Positions 40,963 to 50,068 of a DNA stretch of 64,000 nt are shown here, piece by piece (positions within the stretch are counted from its first letter, which is position 1; the number at the start of each line of letters is the position of its first letter). The translations under genes and the position numbers were made by a program. The stretch comes from Nitrosopumilus sp. (GTDB taxonomy: Archaea > Thermoproteota > Nitrososphaeria > Nitrososphaerales > Nitrosopumilaceae). The notes below the pieces were generated by a model, which did no database searches, was not told the DNA's origin, and saw nothing but the letters and a program-made list of their open reading frames with translations. Location of the stretch: positions 544,001 to 608,000 of the forward strand of contig OZ244732.1 in NCBI GenBank assembly GCA_965219345.1. The letters are read 5' to 3'.

Positions 40963-42419
40963 ACATCAAAGTATAGATAAAATTCATGCGGATGTGGCCT
41001 AATAGCTATTTCACGTTGATCTCTTCTTTCTAATTCTATTATCTTATCAACTACATCGTTAGTGTAAATTGGATTAAGGAATTTTCTGTCACTCTCTAAC
41101 TCATCTAGTGCTTCACCCAAACTCTTTGGAAGAACACCAATACCTCTTTTAGCTCTATTGGATCTAGTCATCTTGAAGATGTCCTCACGTACTTGATCTC
41201 CGGGGTCCATCTTCTTTTTGATTCCATCCATTCCAGCTGATGCAACTGCAGCAAATACAAGATATGGGTTAGATGAAGGATCAGGAGCTCTAAACTCTAG
41301 TCTTTTTAGATATGAGTATCCTTTTCCTTTGAGATGTTTTGGAACTCTGACAATAGCAGAACGATTTCCTGAACTCCATGCAATGTATGCCGGAGCTTCA
41401 TATCCTGGTACAAGTCTATGGTATGAATTAGTAGTAGGATTACAAATTGCTGACAGTGCTTTGGCATGACTAATAATTCCACCGCAAAAGTATCTTCCAG
41501 TTTGACTTAACTCAATCTCATCGTCTGGATCATAAAATATATTTTCTTTTCCTTGCCACAAACTAACATTAACGTGCATTCCAGAACCTGAGTCCATTGC
41601 AATTGGTTTTGGCATCATTGTTGCAACCTTTCCATATTTTTGTGCAATATTTCTGATAACATACTTGTAGGTTTGTGCAGCGTCTGCGGCATTCGTTAGT
41701 AGATCATACCTGATATCAATTTCACATTGCCCTGCAGTTGCAACTTCATGGTGATGATTGTCACATAAAATTCCAAAATCCCTATTCAGAATATTTACAC
41801 ACTCATTTCTGTATGGTGTAAGAGTGTCCGATGGCGTACTAGGATAGTACCCTTCTTGCAATCCCATTGGGTATCCATCTCCTGATTGACTCCATGGAGC
41901 TTCTTTTGATTCAATTGAATAAGACTGTCCTTTGTATGGTGTTAGAACATCCCAATGTACCTTATCAAAAACAAAGAACTCTACCTCTGGACCCCATGTA
42001 CTAAAATCAAATCCCTGGGATTTGATATATTGTTCAGCTTTTTGGGCAATTCCTCTAGGATCTCTTGATAATCTTCCCCTATCTTCTCCCCAAAAAACAT
42101 CACAAAGAAGTCTAGCTGTTTTGTTTTCAGCCATCCAAGGAATTATTGCAAATGAATTTGGATCTGGTTTTAGAAGTAAATCTGAATCATCAATACTAGT
42201 AAATCCAACAATTGACGAACCGTCCAATTTAGGTAATCCATCTTTTATTTGTTCAGGGGTAAACGTGTTGGCTGAAATTGTGGTATGATGAAAATGACCT
42301 GTAAGACCAGTAAATTGTAGATCGATAAACTGAATGCCCTCATGTTGAATCCTGGCGAAAACTTCATCAGGCGAATACGTTACTTGCATTGCTTTTCCAT
42401 GACTAACTTTATACGGCAA
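40959..42419 (-). CDS. glnA: Glutamine synthetase type I
   Basis: DGSS, HHEVATAGQCE, MPKP, GSGMH, RLVPGYEAP, EFRAPD. Confidence 0.97.
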   Translation of the reverse strand: MPYKVSHGKAMQVTYSPDEVFARIQHEGIQFIDLQFTGLTGHFHHTTISANTFTPEQIKDGLPKLDGSSIVGFTSIDDSDLLLKPDPNSFAIIPWMAENKTARLLCDVFWGEDRGRLSRDPRGIAQKAEQYIKSQGFDFSTWGPEVEFFVFDKVHWDVLTPYKGQSYSIESKEAPWSQSGDGYPMGLQEGYYPSTPSDTLTPYRNECVNILNRDFGILCDNHHHEVATAGQCEIDIRYDLLTNAADAAQTYKYVIRNIAQKYGKVATMMPKPIAMDSGSGMHVNVSLWQGKENIFYDPDDEIELSQTGRYFCGGIISHAKALSAICNPTTNSYHRLVPGYEAPAYIAWSSGNRSAIVRVPKHLKGKGYSYLKRLEFRAPDPSSNPYLVFAAVASAGMDGIKKKMDPGDQVREDIFKMTRSNRAKRGIGVLPKSLGEALDELESDRKFLNPIYTNDVVDKIIELERRDQREIAIRPHPHEFYLYFDV

Positions 42420-42473
42420 TTTTTTACTTCAATCAAACACAAATACACCCAGCATTTAAGGATTAGGTAAGAA

Positions 42474-43031
42474 ATGTCAGAACCAAATCAAATCAATATC
42501 AACTCATTACATCAATTAGTTTTACGAGAAACCGAAGATAATTCCATATTAGAAATTGATCCAAACTTTTACAGAAATCTCTCTGACTTTATTGGAAATT
42601 TAAGGAAACAAGAATTTGATGGTGTGGAAAGTAAAATCAAAGATACTCTGATAGAAATGGCAACTGAGCTAACGTCATTACTGATAAATATTAGATTAGA
42701 TAAAATTTCTAAATCAAAAGATAACCAATTTGGAAATCTTCTAGATGAAGAAAAGTTCATTTTAGATTCACAAGAGGAACAAAGAGAAAGAATTGAAATG
42801 ATTCTTTCTGCGACAATTAATGGGAAATCAAAATTCCTTGAATCATTAGCTCAAAATCATAAAACAAAGAGAATTGTCATCAGATTTCTCAAAGAAGTAG
42901 AAGAAATTGTAGGCGCAGACCTTGAGAAGTATGGCCCTTTTAAAACTGAAGATATTGCTACAATTCCATATGAAAATGCCCAAGCCTTAATTGCCAAAAA
43001 TGCTGCAACTAAAATCCGTTGGGATGATTAG
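42474..43031 (+). CDS. GINS complex subunit (Gins51-type)
   Basis: Helical A domain followed by B domain IVGADLEKYGPF..EDIATIP..NA..L. Confidence 0.8.
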   Translation: MSEPNQININSLHQLVLRETEDNSILEIDPNFYRNLSDFIGNLRKQEFDGVESKIKDTLIEMATELTSLLINIRLDKISKSKDNQFGNLLDEEKFILDSQEEQRERIEMILSATINGKSKFLESLAQNHKTKRIVIRFLKEVEEIVGADLEKYGPFKTEDIATIPYENAQALIAKNAATKIRWDD

Positions 43032-43064
43032 ATAAAAATTATACCTGTTTTATTTTCATATTAC

Positions 43065-43349
43065 ATGTCTCACACAGGCGTTGAAGTATTTGATTTTTTA
43101 TTATTTTCAATTTATCCAGTATTTGGAATTCTTGCCATTGAAGTAATTAGCAGATTAATCAAAGCCCCAAAATGGATTAAACTATGGGTACAAGCAGCCG
43201 TAGCAATTGGTTTTGGAGTTTACTATTGGTTTATTTTGCCTGCACCACAAAATTTTCCATTAACTGCACTGGTGATGTTTGTACTTGCCATCGCTCTAAT
43301 TTATCAAGGTAGACGTGCAAAAATTTCTCCCGAAAAGAGTCCTTACTAA
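43065..43349 (+). CDS. Three-TM hypothetical protein
   Basis: Hydrophobic ORF. Confidence 0.7.
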   Translation: MSHTGVEVFDFLLFSIYPVFGILAIEVISRLIKAPKWIKLWVQAAVAIGFGVYYWFILPAPQNFPLTALVMFVLAIALIYQGRRAKISPEKSPY

Positions 43350-43351
43350 TT

Positions 43352-43573
43352 TTAAGATCTTCCAAAAATTCGTTTGAAAATATTTGGTTTGTTTGGACCT
43401 CCATCTCGTATAATTTTTTTCTCACCAAATTTTTTTGCTCGAATCAGACTTAGTTTTACACATCTATGTTCTTCTGGAAGTCTGTGTTCTGCACAAAATG
43501 GATCCTTACAATAATTGCACTGGAAGGGTAAATCTGTCAAATCTCCACAATAAGCACATTTTTCAGATATCAC
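43352..43573 (-). CDS. AN1-type zinc finger protein
   Basis: CAYC...PFQCNYC..FCAEHRLPEEHRC. Confidence 0.9.
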   Translation of the reverse strand: MISEKCAYCGDLTDLPFQCNYCKDPFCAEHRLPEEHRCVKLSLIRAKKFGEKKIIRDGGPNKPNIFKRIFGRS

Positions 43574-43688
43574 AATTTAATTTACCATTTTCTTCTAATT
43601 AAGTTGCTAGTAGTTTTCTTAAACTTGGAATTTTTTAACGTCTAAACATTTTTACAATGTTGAAATTAAATGCGTTCAAGTGATTTAG

Positions 43689-44429
43689 ATGATTAAAGAC
43701 AAAGTAGCAATAATAACCGGAGCAAGTAGTGGTATAGGATATGCTACTGCTTTAGCACTATCAAAAGCAGGCGCAAAAGTTGCTATAGGTGCTAGAAGAG
43801 TTGATAGATTAGAAGAGCTTGCAAAAAATATATCTGCAAATGGTGGAGAAGTATTTTATCAAAAATTAGATGTAACACAAAGATTAGAATGTGAAAATTT
43901 TGCTAAGGCAGTTTTAGAAAAATGGGGTTCCATTGATATTCTTGTAAATAATGCCGGTTTGATGCCCTTGAGTCTATTCAAAAACCTTAAGATAGATGAA
44001 TGGGATAGAATGATCGATGTGAATATCAAAGGTGTGTTGTATTGTACAGGCGCAGTAATTTTACATATGAAAGAAAAAAAATCTGGCCATATTGTAAATC
44101 TCTCCTCTGTTGCTGGAAGAACTGTTTTCCCGACAGGTACTGTTTATTGTGCAACAAAACATGCTATTGCAGCATTTAGTGAGGGATTAAGACAAGAATT
44201 TAGTGCACGTTCAAACATTCGAGTAACTAGCATTGAACCTGGAGTTGTAGCAACAGAACTTACTGATACTATTACTGATGAATCTTTGCAGGGGTTTATT
44301 GAAAATGCAAAAAAAATGGAAGCATTACAAGCAGAAGATATTGCAAACACAATTTTGTATGCGGTCGAATCTCCATCTCATGTTAATGTTAATGAGATTT
44401 TGATAAGACCTACAACACAAGAACGTTAA
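43689..44429 (+). CDS. SDR family oxidoreductase (YdfG-like)
   Basis: TGASSGIG, NNAG, YCATK, EPG. Confidence 0.92.
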   Translation: MIKDKVAIITGASSGIGYATALALSKAGAKVAIGARRVDRLEELAKNISANGGEVFYQKLDVTQRLECENFAKAVLEKWGSIDILVNNAGLMPLSLFKNLKIDEWDRMIDVNIKGVLYCTGAVILHMKEKKSGHIVNLSSVAGRTVFPTGTVYCATKHAIAAFSEGLRQEFSARSNIRVTSIEPGVVATELTDTITDESLQGFIENAKKMEALQAEDIANTILYAVESPSHVNVNEILIRPTTQER

Positions 44430-44448
44430 GTTAACAAATTCAAAATTA

Positions 44449-44673
44449 CTATACTTTATCCGATTTATCTTTCTCTTTTGAAAGATGTTCTAAGATAGCT
44501 TTCATTTCAACAGCTAAATCTTGTGGATTATTTGATAGATTCAATTTTTCAGGAATATTATTTTTAAAATCTTCATCTTCCATTTTTATACTTCTTTTTT
44601 GAATACAATCCAAATGATCCTGATCGGTAGCAGAAATCTTGTGACAAATATTACAAATTTTCATGAATTTCAT
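44449..44673 (-). CDS. Small hypothetical protein (CxxC..H..C)
   Basis: ICNICH...DHLDC. Confidence 0.6.
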   Translation of the reverse strand: MKFMKICNICHKISATDQDHLDCIQKRSIKMEDEDFKNNIPEKLNLSNNPQDLAVEMKAILEHLSKEKDKSDKV

Positions 44674-44720
44674 TAATCAATACGACGATTTAATAATTTC
44701 ATTTTGTACCTGTGAGACAA

Positions 44721-44794
44721 GGGATCGTCGTCTAGCTTGGTATGATACTAGTCTGGGGGACTAGTGGTCGCAGGTTCAAATCCTGCCGGTCCCA
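44721..44794 (+). tRNA. tRNA-Pro (GGG)
   Basis: Acceptor GGGATCG/CGGTCCC, anticodon arm CTAGT-CTGGGGG-ACTAG, T-arm GCAGG-TTCAAAT-CCTGC; no encoded CCA. Confidence 0.95.
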
Positions 44795-44804
44795 TTATAC
44801 TTTA

Positions 44805-45965
44805 GTGACTGAAATAGTACCAGCACGTAACACAAACGTGATAGAGCTTGAAGGCATTAGTGAAAACATCTATGATAACTTTCTAGAATCAATGCGAAGC
44901 TCAGAAACAAGACGCATGTATGTACGAAATCCAAAAAAACTTCTAAACTTAATTCCAAATAATATTTTTGAGGAATATCTTGGAGAGTCACCAAAATCAA
45001 GAGAGATGAATGAACTAGCTGCATCATTTACAAACATTGCAAAAAAAGACATCAATGCAACAAAACAGATTATCAAATCTTATGTTAAAGAAATCAACAA
45101 AGAAGTTGAAGAAGGAAAAATCAGCCCAAATACAGTAAAGAATAGAATCAAACCAATCAAGGCTTTACTTTCTGCAAACGAGATTGATGTCTCTTGGATA
45201 ATGATTAACAAAATGTTTCCGCGCGAGGTCAGAAGTGATGATCGTGCCTATACAAAAGAAGAGATTCAAAACATGCTTGAGCATTGTACAGATGTAATTG
45301 ACAAGCTAATCATCTTGATGTTCTCTTCTGCTGGATTTAGACTAGAAGCTTGGGACTATTTCTGTTGGAAAGATATTGTATTGTTTGAAGATGAAAAAGA
45401 AATTCACAAAGGAGCAGCTCTGAGAGTATATCGAGGAGATCCTGAAGAATACTGAACATTTATCACACCAGGGACCTGCAAAATCTTACTTCTTTACAAG
45501 GAAGAATGGAGGTCTAGATTTCTAAGATATCCAAATGAGGATAACTCACTAATTGCATCTACTAGATTTGATATTCCACATAGATTACATCAAAAAGGTG
45601 TAAGAGCGCGAGTTGACAAGATAGTAACTAAGATAGGCCTACGTGATCAGCTCAAGAAAGGGCAGAGAAGATATGAAGTCAAACTTGATCATGGATTTCG
45701 AAAATATTTCAATACCATGATGCGTCGTGCCAAAGTAGATTATTTAGATAAAGAAGATATGATGGGACACAAAGTTGGTCTTGAGAAACACTATGAAAGA
45801 TACCAAGAAGAAGACTTTGAGCGATTCCCTGAATATCAAAAGGCTATTACATTCTTGACTATCTCCGATGAGGAAAGAATGCGTTTCGAAAATAAGAAAC
45901 TAAAAGAAGAAAAATCTGAAATTCATACTCTAAAAGAAAGAATTGATCGCATGGAACACTTCTAA
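44805..45965 (+). pseudogene. Tyrosine integrase with one in-frame TGA at 45453-45455
   Basis: Same frame before and after the stop: SAGFR...EEY*TFITP...HGFRKYF...MMGH...EKHY (R, HxxR, H, Y catalytic set); start uncertain. Confidence 0.9.
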
Positions 45966-46055
45966 AATAAATAATGAACAAAGTCTTGCCAGATTAAAAC
46001 AAGCATATGGATATACTTAACAAGACTTTTCTGTAAAAACCAAATTTACCAAGAC

Positions 46056-46227
46056 TACTATACTATACTATACTATACTACTTGTCTTACGTCAGACGTA
46101 ATACGTAATACAAGATATTTAGTATCATAGTATTCTATTTTGATAAATTGTAATATCGGTGTCCTAAATTCGACAAATCCATACCAATTTTGACCAAATT
46201 TGGCACAATTTCGACAAATCCATACCA
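46056..46227. repeat. (TACTA)5 microsatellite, hairpin and 18-bp direct repeats
   Basis: TACTA x5 at 46056-46080; TTACGT/ACGTAA stem at 46087-46108; TTCGACAAATCCATACCA at 46169-46186 and 46210-46227. Confidence 0.85.
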
Positions 46228-46441
46228 CTTGTGCGTAAGTAAAATGATACAGCTAGGCACAAATTGTACTCTAAAGTGTCATCAAAAAAGTAATTGTCAC
46301 TAAGATAATGATATGGTTATACAATACATTTCTCTTATGAGACGCTGTTAATGTAATTACTAGGATCTAATATTTTTTATCCTAAATGATAATGAATTTA
46401 GTATTTAGACTAGTAAAAATATCACAACAACACTGAGAATT

Positions 46442-47041
46442 ATGGAAACGTCACAAAATATTGAAGATTTTAAAAAAATCATTACAGATAGTTTGGCTTT
46501 TAATATTTTTTACAATAAAGGTGTCTTTAGAGAAGAAACTGATGGAAAACATATTTCTGTTAATTTATTTGAAGATCCTCCACATCTACGAGAAATTACT
46601 CTACGATTACTTAGAATCTACTTAAATCACACAAATACAAAAAGTGTCATGGGATTTACAGAAAATGATCCATCTTTAGTTACTTTTGCGACTCAAATGA
46701 GTTATCTTGAAAATATTCCATTTTACAATTATGATCTAGAAAATGATGCAGGTGCATTTAGTCAATTCATCAGACCTGAAATTGTTCCATGTTCTCTAAT
46801 AATTCCTTATTCGATTAATGAAAATCAAGTTTTAGAGATAGTTGAGCGATTTTCTCAACAAAAAGTTCCAATCACTCAAGTAATCTCAATGCTAGATGAG
46901 AATCTTTCAAAAACTACCTTTTCTAACAAAGATTTTGAATTTGTCTCAATTTGTGATTGGGTTTCATTAAAAAACCGAATTAATGAGTTCAAAAACATTA
47001 CAAATGAGAAAATGAATGAATTATTGTCTAATTTTGACTAA
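46442..47041 (+). CDS. Hypothetical protein, probable degenerate type I PRTase fold
   Basis: Aligns by eye to the neighbouring PyrE-like protein but lacks the VDDVxTxG PRPP loop. Confidence 0.55.
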   Translation: METSQNIEDFKKIITDSLAFNIFYNKGVFREETDGKHISVNLFEDPPHLREITLRLLRIYLNHTNTKSVMGFTENDPSLVTFATQMSYLENIPFYNYDLENDAGAFSQFIRPEIVPCSLIIPYSINENQVLEIVERFSQQKVPITQVISMLDENLSKTTFSNKDFEFVSICDWVSLKNRINEFKNITNEKMNELLSNFD

Positions 47042-47187
47042 ATTGGATTTTCATCAAGATTTTGTCCTTTTGAGTCAATTTGGCATGACTTTTACTACTT
47101 AACCAATGTAGGATCCTAGAGTTCGTGAAAATGGGCCTGCTTTTGCTTAGTAATAATTTATTTAACCGACGGGGTGCCAATTAACTC

Positions 47188-47814
47188 ATGATATTACAAT
47201 CTTCTGATATTGAAATGGATAAAGCTAGATTAGAAGAATTAATTATAGAAACCGGTGCATTTCAATATAGTCCAGAAAAACCATTTCAATTAGCTTCTGG
47301 AATAGTTAGTCCATACTATTTTAATCTAAAAAAACTCAATGGGCATCCTGAAGGTCTAAACACCGTAGCAAAAATATTCTATAATATTTTTAAAAAAATG
47401 CAAGGTGTTACATCAGTTGGAGGTTTAGAATCAGGTTCTATTTCTATTGCCTCTGCTATTACTCAGTTAAGCTTTTCAGAAAATAAAAGCGATCCAAGAA
47501 ATCCTCTAATTAATTCATTTTATGTAAGAAAAGAAGCCAAAAAATATGGATCTGGAAAACAAACTGAAGGAAACATACATTCACCTGCTGTTGTTGTAGA
47601 CGATGTAATTACTAGTGGAGATTCTGCAATAAAAGCGGTAAATGTAATCAAAGACGAAAAATATGAGTGTGAATGCTTAATTTCTATAGTTTTTCGTGGA
47701 ACCGATGAACAGGAAGAAAAAATTAGGAAAATAAGTAATTTTGAATATCTTTTTACAGAAAAGGAACTTGTTGAGAAATTTACCAAAGATCTGAAAATAA
47801 ATCAGATCGCATAG
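47188..47814 (+). CDS. pyrE: Orotate phosphoribosyltransferase-like protein (island-borne)
   Basis: FQLASG..SPYY, GGLESG, VRKEAKKYG...EG, VVVDDVITSGDS. Confidence 0.8.
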   Translation: MILQSSDIEMDKARLEELIIETGAFQYSPEKPFQLASGIVSPYYFNLKKLNGHPEGLNTVAKIFYNIFKKMQGVTSVGGLESGSISIASAITQLSFSENKSDPRNPLINSFYVRKEAKKYGSGKQTEGNIHSPAVVVDDVITSGDSAIKAVNVIKDEKYECECLISIVFRGTDEQEEKIRKISNFEYLFTEKELVEKFTKDLKINQIA

Positions 47815-47890
47815 ATCATTAATTCATAATAACAAAAACTAATTTTCATTTCTTCTGATCATTTTTATTTCCTAAAATTGTAAGAATTTC

Positions 47891-48073
47891 ATGGATGTTG
47901 AAGATTATGGTACATCTACAGTACAAATAGAACATTTGACGACATGGCTTGAAAACCAAGTCAAAAATCTAGAAGGACATCAAGAACATGCAATGGGATC
48001 AGCTATTGCACAACAGGCTTTAACTCATGTCAAAGCTATCAAAGACCAAATTGATGCTAATAGGATAAGATAA
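47891..48073 (+). CDS. Small helical hypothetical protein
   Basis: 60-aa ORF with T-rich terminator-like tract after the stop. Confidence 0.55.
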   Translation: MDVEDYGTSTVQIEHLTTWLENQVKNLEGHQEHAMGSAIAQQALTHVKAIKDQIDANRIR

Positions 48074-48222
48074 CATCAAATCTTTTTTTATTTTCGTGCC
48101 TGTTGGTAAATACAATTAGTAAAATTGTTCTAATCTCTAAGAACCTGAATCTTAATCTTAAGGACAATTCAAAAATGATATGGTGATAAAATCATAAATG
48201 ATTCTATCGTGTTCTTAATTCA

Positions 48223-48609
48223 ATGGTGCGAAAACGTACTGACAGACGTGGAGAACATGTAACTGGAGGATCGTACAAAAATGATGATTATTATAGAATT
48301 CGAATTGTGATGTATCTTTTGGCTAACCCTGAATCAAATAGACATCAAATGCTTCACAAAAAGGATTATGGTCTTAGTCGAATTGAACGAGGGAGATTAA
48401 CTATCTTGTTAGAAAAAATGAAAGAAGCTGGATGGCTAGTAAAATTTGAAAGTCCACATGCTACAGGTGTTATTGTGTATAATCTTGATAAAAAGGGATT
48501 AGCAATGGCAGAATATATTAAAAAATTAAAAGAAGAAAGCGAAACACATCCATTTTTTGATCTTGAAACTTTTTTCGGAATTAACTCTCTTGATTTGCCA
48601 AACGATTAA
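48223..48609 (+). CDS. Winged-helix DNA-binding protein
   Basis: LLEKMKEAGWLVK...VYNLDKKG. Confidence 0.7.
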   Translation: MVRKRTDRRGEHVTGGSYKNDDYYRIRIVMYLLANPESNRHQMLHKKDYGLSRIERGRLTILLEKMKEAGWLVKFESPHATGVIVYNLDKKGLAMAEYIKKLKEESETHPFFDLETFFGINSLDLPND

Positions 48610-49462
48610 AGCGTTCAGTATTTCGTATATTTTCTAAATCTTTATCATCTTTCATATCAAGTGTGTTGTCAGATTCTAGTGCAGTTGCAACTGTAAGAGC
48701 ATCTAATGCTTCTTCTTTTTTATTAAGAACTGATAGAACACATGCTTTGTTGTACCATCCGAGTTCATCTGTTGGATCCAATAGGATTACTTTGTTAAAA
48801 TACGATAGTGCTTCTTCATGTCTACCTTTTTCAATTAGAAGTGAACCTTTGTCAATTAACAAATCAAGGTGTTCTGGTTCAATTGATAATCCTTCTTCTG
48901 CAGTTTGAAATGCTTCATCAATTCTCCCCAAATCACTAAGGATATCCGACTTCAAATCCATTGCATCAGGATTTTTAGGATCTAATTCTAGAGATTCATT
49001 AACAATTTTTAATGCTTCGTCATTTCTTTCTAAATGATTCAAAATTTCCACTTTGTCTAATAATGCTTCTGAACGTTCATCATCTGAAAATTTAACTGAG
49101 TTTTCATATGCAACTAATGCTTCTTCATGTTTTCCTAAATCATGAAGAAGATCTCCTTTGATGTTCCAATTTAATGCATCTTCATCATCAAGTTCAATAC
49201 CCTTTTCAACACAAGATAATGCCTCATCATCTCTATTTAGCCTGCTTAATGCAATGGCTTTAAAGGCCCAAAATAACGATTTTTTTTCAGAACCAATTGT
49301 GTCGCTGCTAAGATATAGTGATTTATCAATAATCTCTATAGCTTGTTTATAGTCATCTTCGAATCCAACCGCCAAAGCCTCAATGAATAGATCAAATGGA
49401 TCGGTTTTCGTTCGCTGATATAGTTTTTTCAGACCTGAAAGAAATTTTGCTTTTTTTATCAA
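48581..49462 (-). CDS. TPR repeat protein
   Basis: Multiple W..KG..L..LG..EEAL repeats; WYNKACVLS...end-of-TPR D.DL.NIR..F. Confidence 0.9.
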   Translation of the reverse strand: MIKKAKFLSGLKKLYQRTKTDPFDLFIEALAVGFEDDYKQAIEIIDKSLYLSSDTIGSEKKSLFWAFKAIALSRLNRDDEALSCVEKGIELDDEDALNWNIKGDLLHDLGKHEEALVAYENSVKFSDDERSEALLDKVEILNHLERNDEALKIVNESLELDPKNPDAMDLKSDILSDLGRIDEAFQTAEEGLSIEPEHLDLLIDKGSLLIEKGRHEEALSYFNKVILLDPTDELGWYNKACVLSVLNKKEEALDALTVATALESDNTLDMKDDKDLENIRNTERFNRLANQES

Positions 49463-49616
49463 AGATTATGAAAAATGAATTTTTTTCCTATTTAATAGAG
49501 TATCAGAAGTTCTGATGGTCCTATTAGAAATCCTATAGATCTGATCAGAAACGCTTCTAATTTTGTAAGAAATAATTCGACAGGAAGGTAGTCTAGTTTA
49601 CTATAGTAGACTTACT

Positions 49617-49865
49617 ATGAAAGCAAAAACAACACAATGCCTCTTTGAGGTCAGCCAGTCCGAGGCTGTAAACACCCCAGTGATGGGAACACTGGTAAAA
49701 GAAGGACTAACTCTCCCAAATAGCATCACAGAAGATATTGGTGGATTTTCTTTAGCACCAACATACTCAGCAAAACAACTAAGACGGATCAATCACCGTC
49801 TAAAATACAGAAATAGACAGGTTGGAAAGTCAGCCAAAAAACAATGGAGGTTTAATCAATGGTAA
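49617..49865 (+). CDS. Hypothetical protein, basic C-terminus
   Basis: First of three overlapping co-oriented ORFs; GGAGG before the next start. Confidence 0.55.
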   Translation: MKAKTTQCLFEVSQSEAVNTPVMGTLVKEGLTLPNSITEDIGGFSLAPTYSAKQLRRINHRLKYRNRQVGKSAKKQWRFNQW

Positions 49866-50068
49866 CCTCAGGAATGACTATCAAAGTCTTTGAAGGAAGA
49901 CTAGGTCACAAAAATCCAGAATGTGAAAGTTGTGGGAGCCATACATATTCTCTGTATCATGGTGGAAAAAAAGAAAGACTTGATGATGCATTTGTTTGCA
50001 AAAGATGTAGCATCATCTACAAACTTCCAAATCAAACAAAGTGTGAATTCACAGAGGTGATTACATAA
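49859..50068 (+). CDS. Small Zn-ribbon protein
   Basis: CESC...CKRC. Confidence 0.65.
   Translation: MVTSGMTIKVFEGRLGHKNPECESCGSHTYSLYHGGKKERLDDAFVCKRCSIIYKLPNQTKCEFTEVIT

Noticed and set aside
44742-44804. ATG at 44742 as the integrase start
   Set aside because: Lies inside the tRNA-Pro gene, upstream of the att core, so it is not part of the element.
45453-45455. In-frame TGA as selenocysteine or recoding
   Set aside because: Context suggests Trp; neighbouring island genes are also decayed; no SECIS-like evidence.
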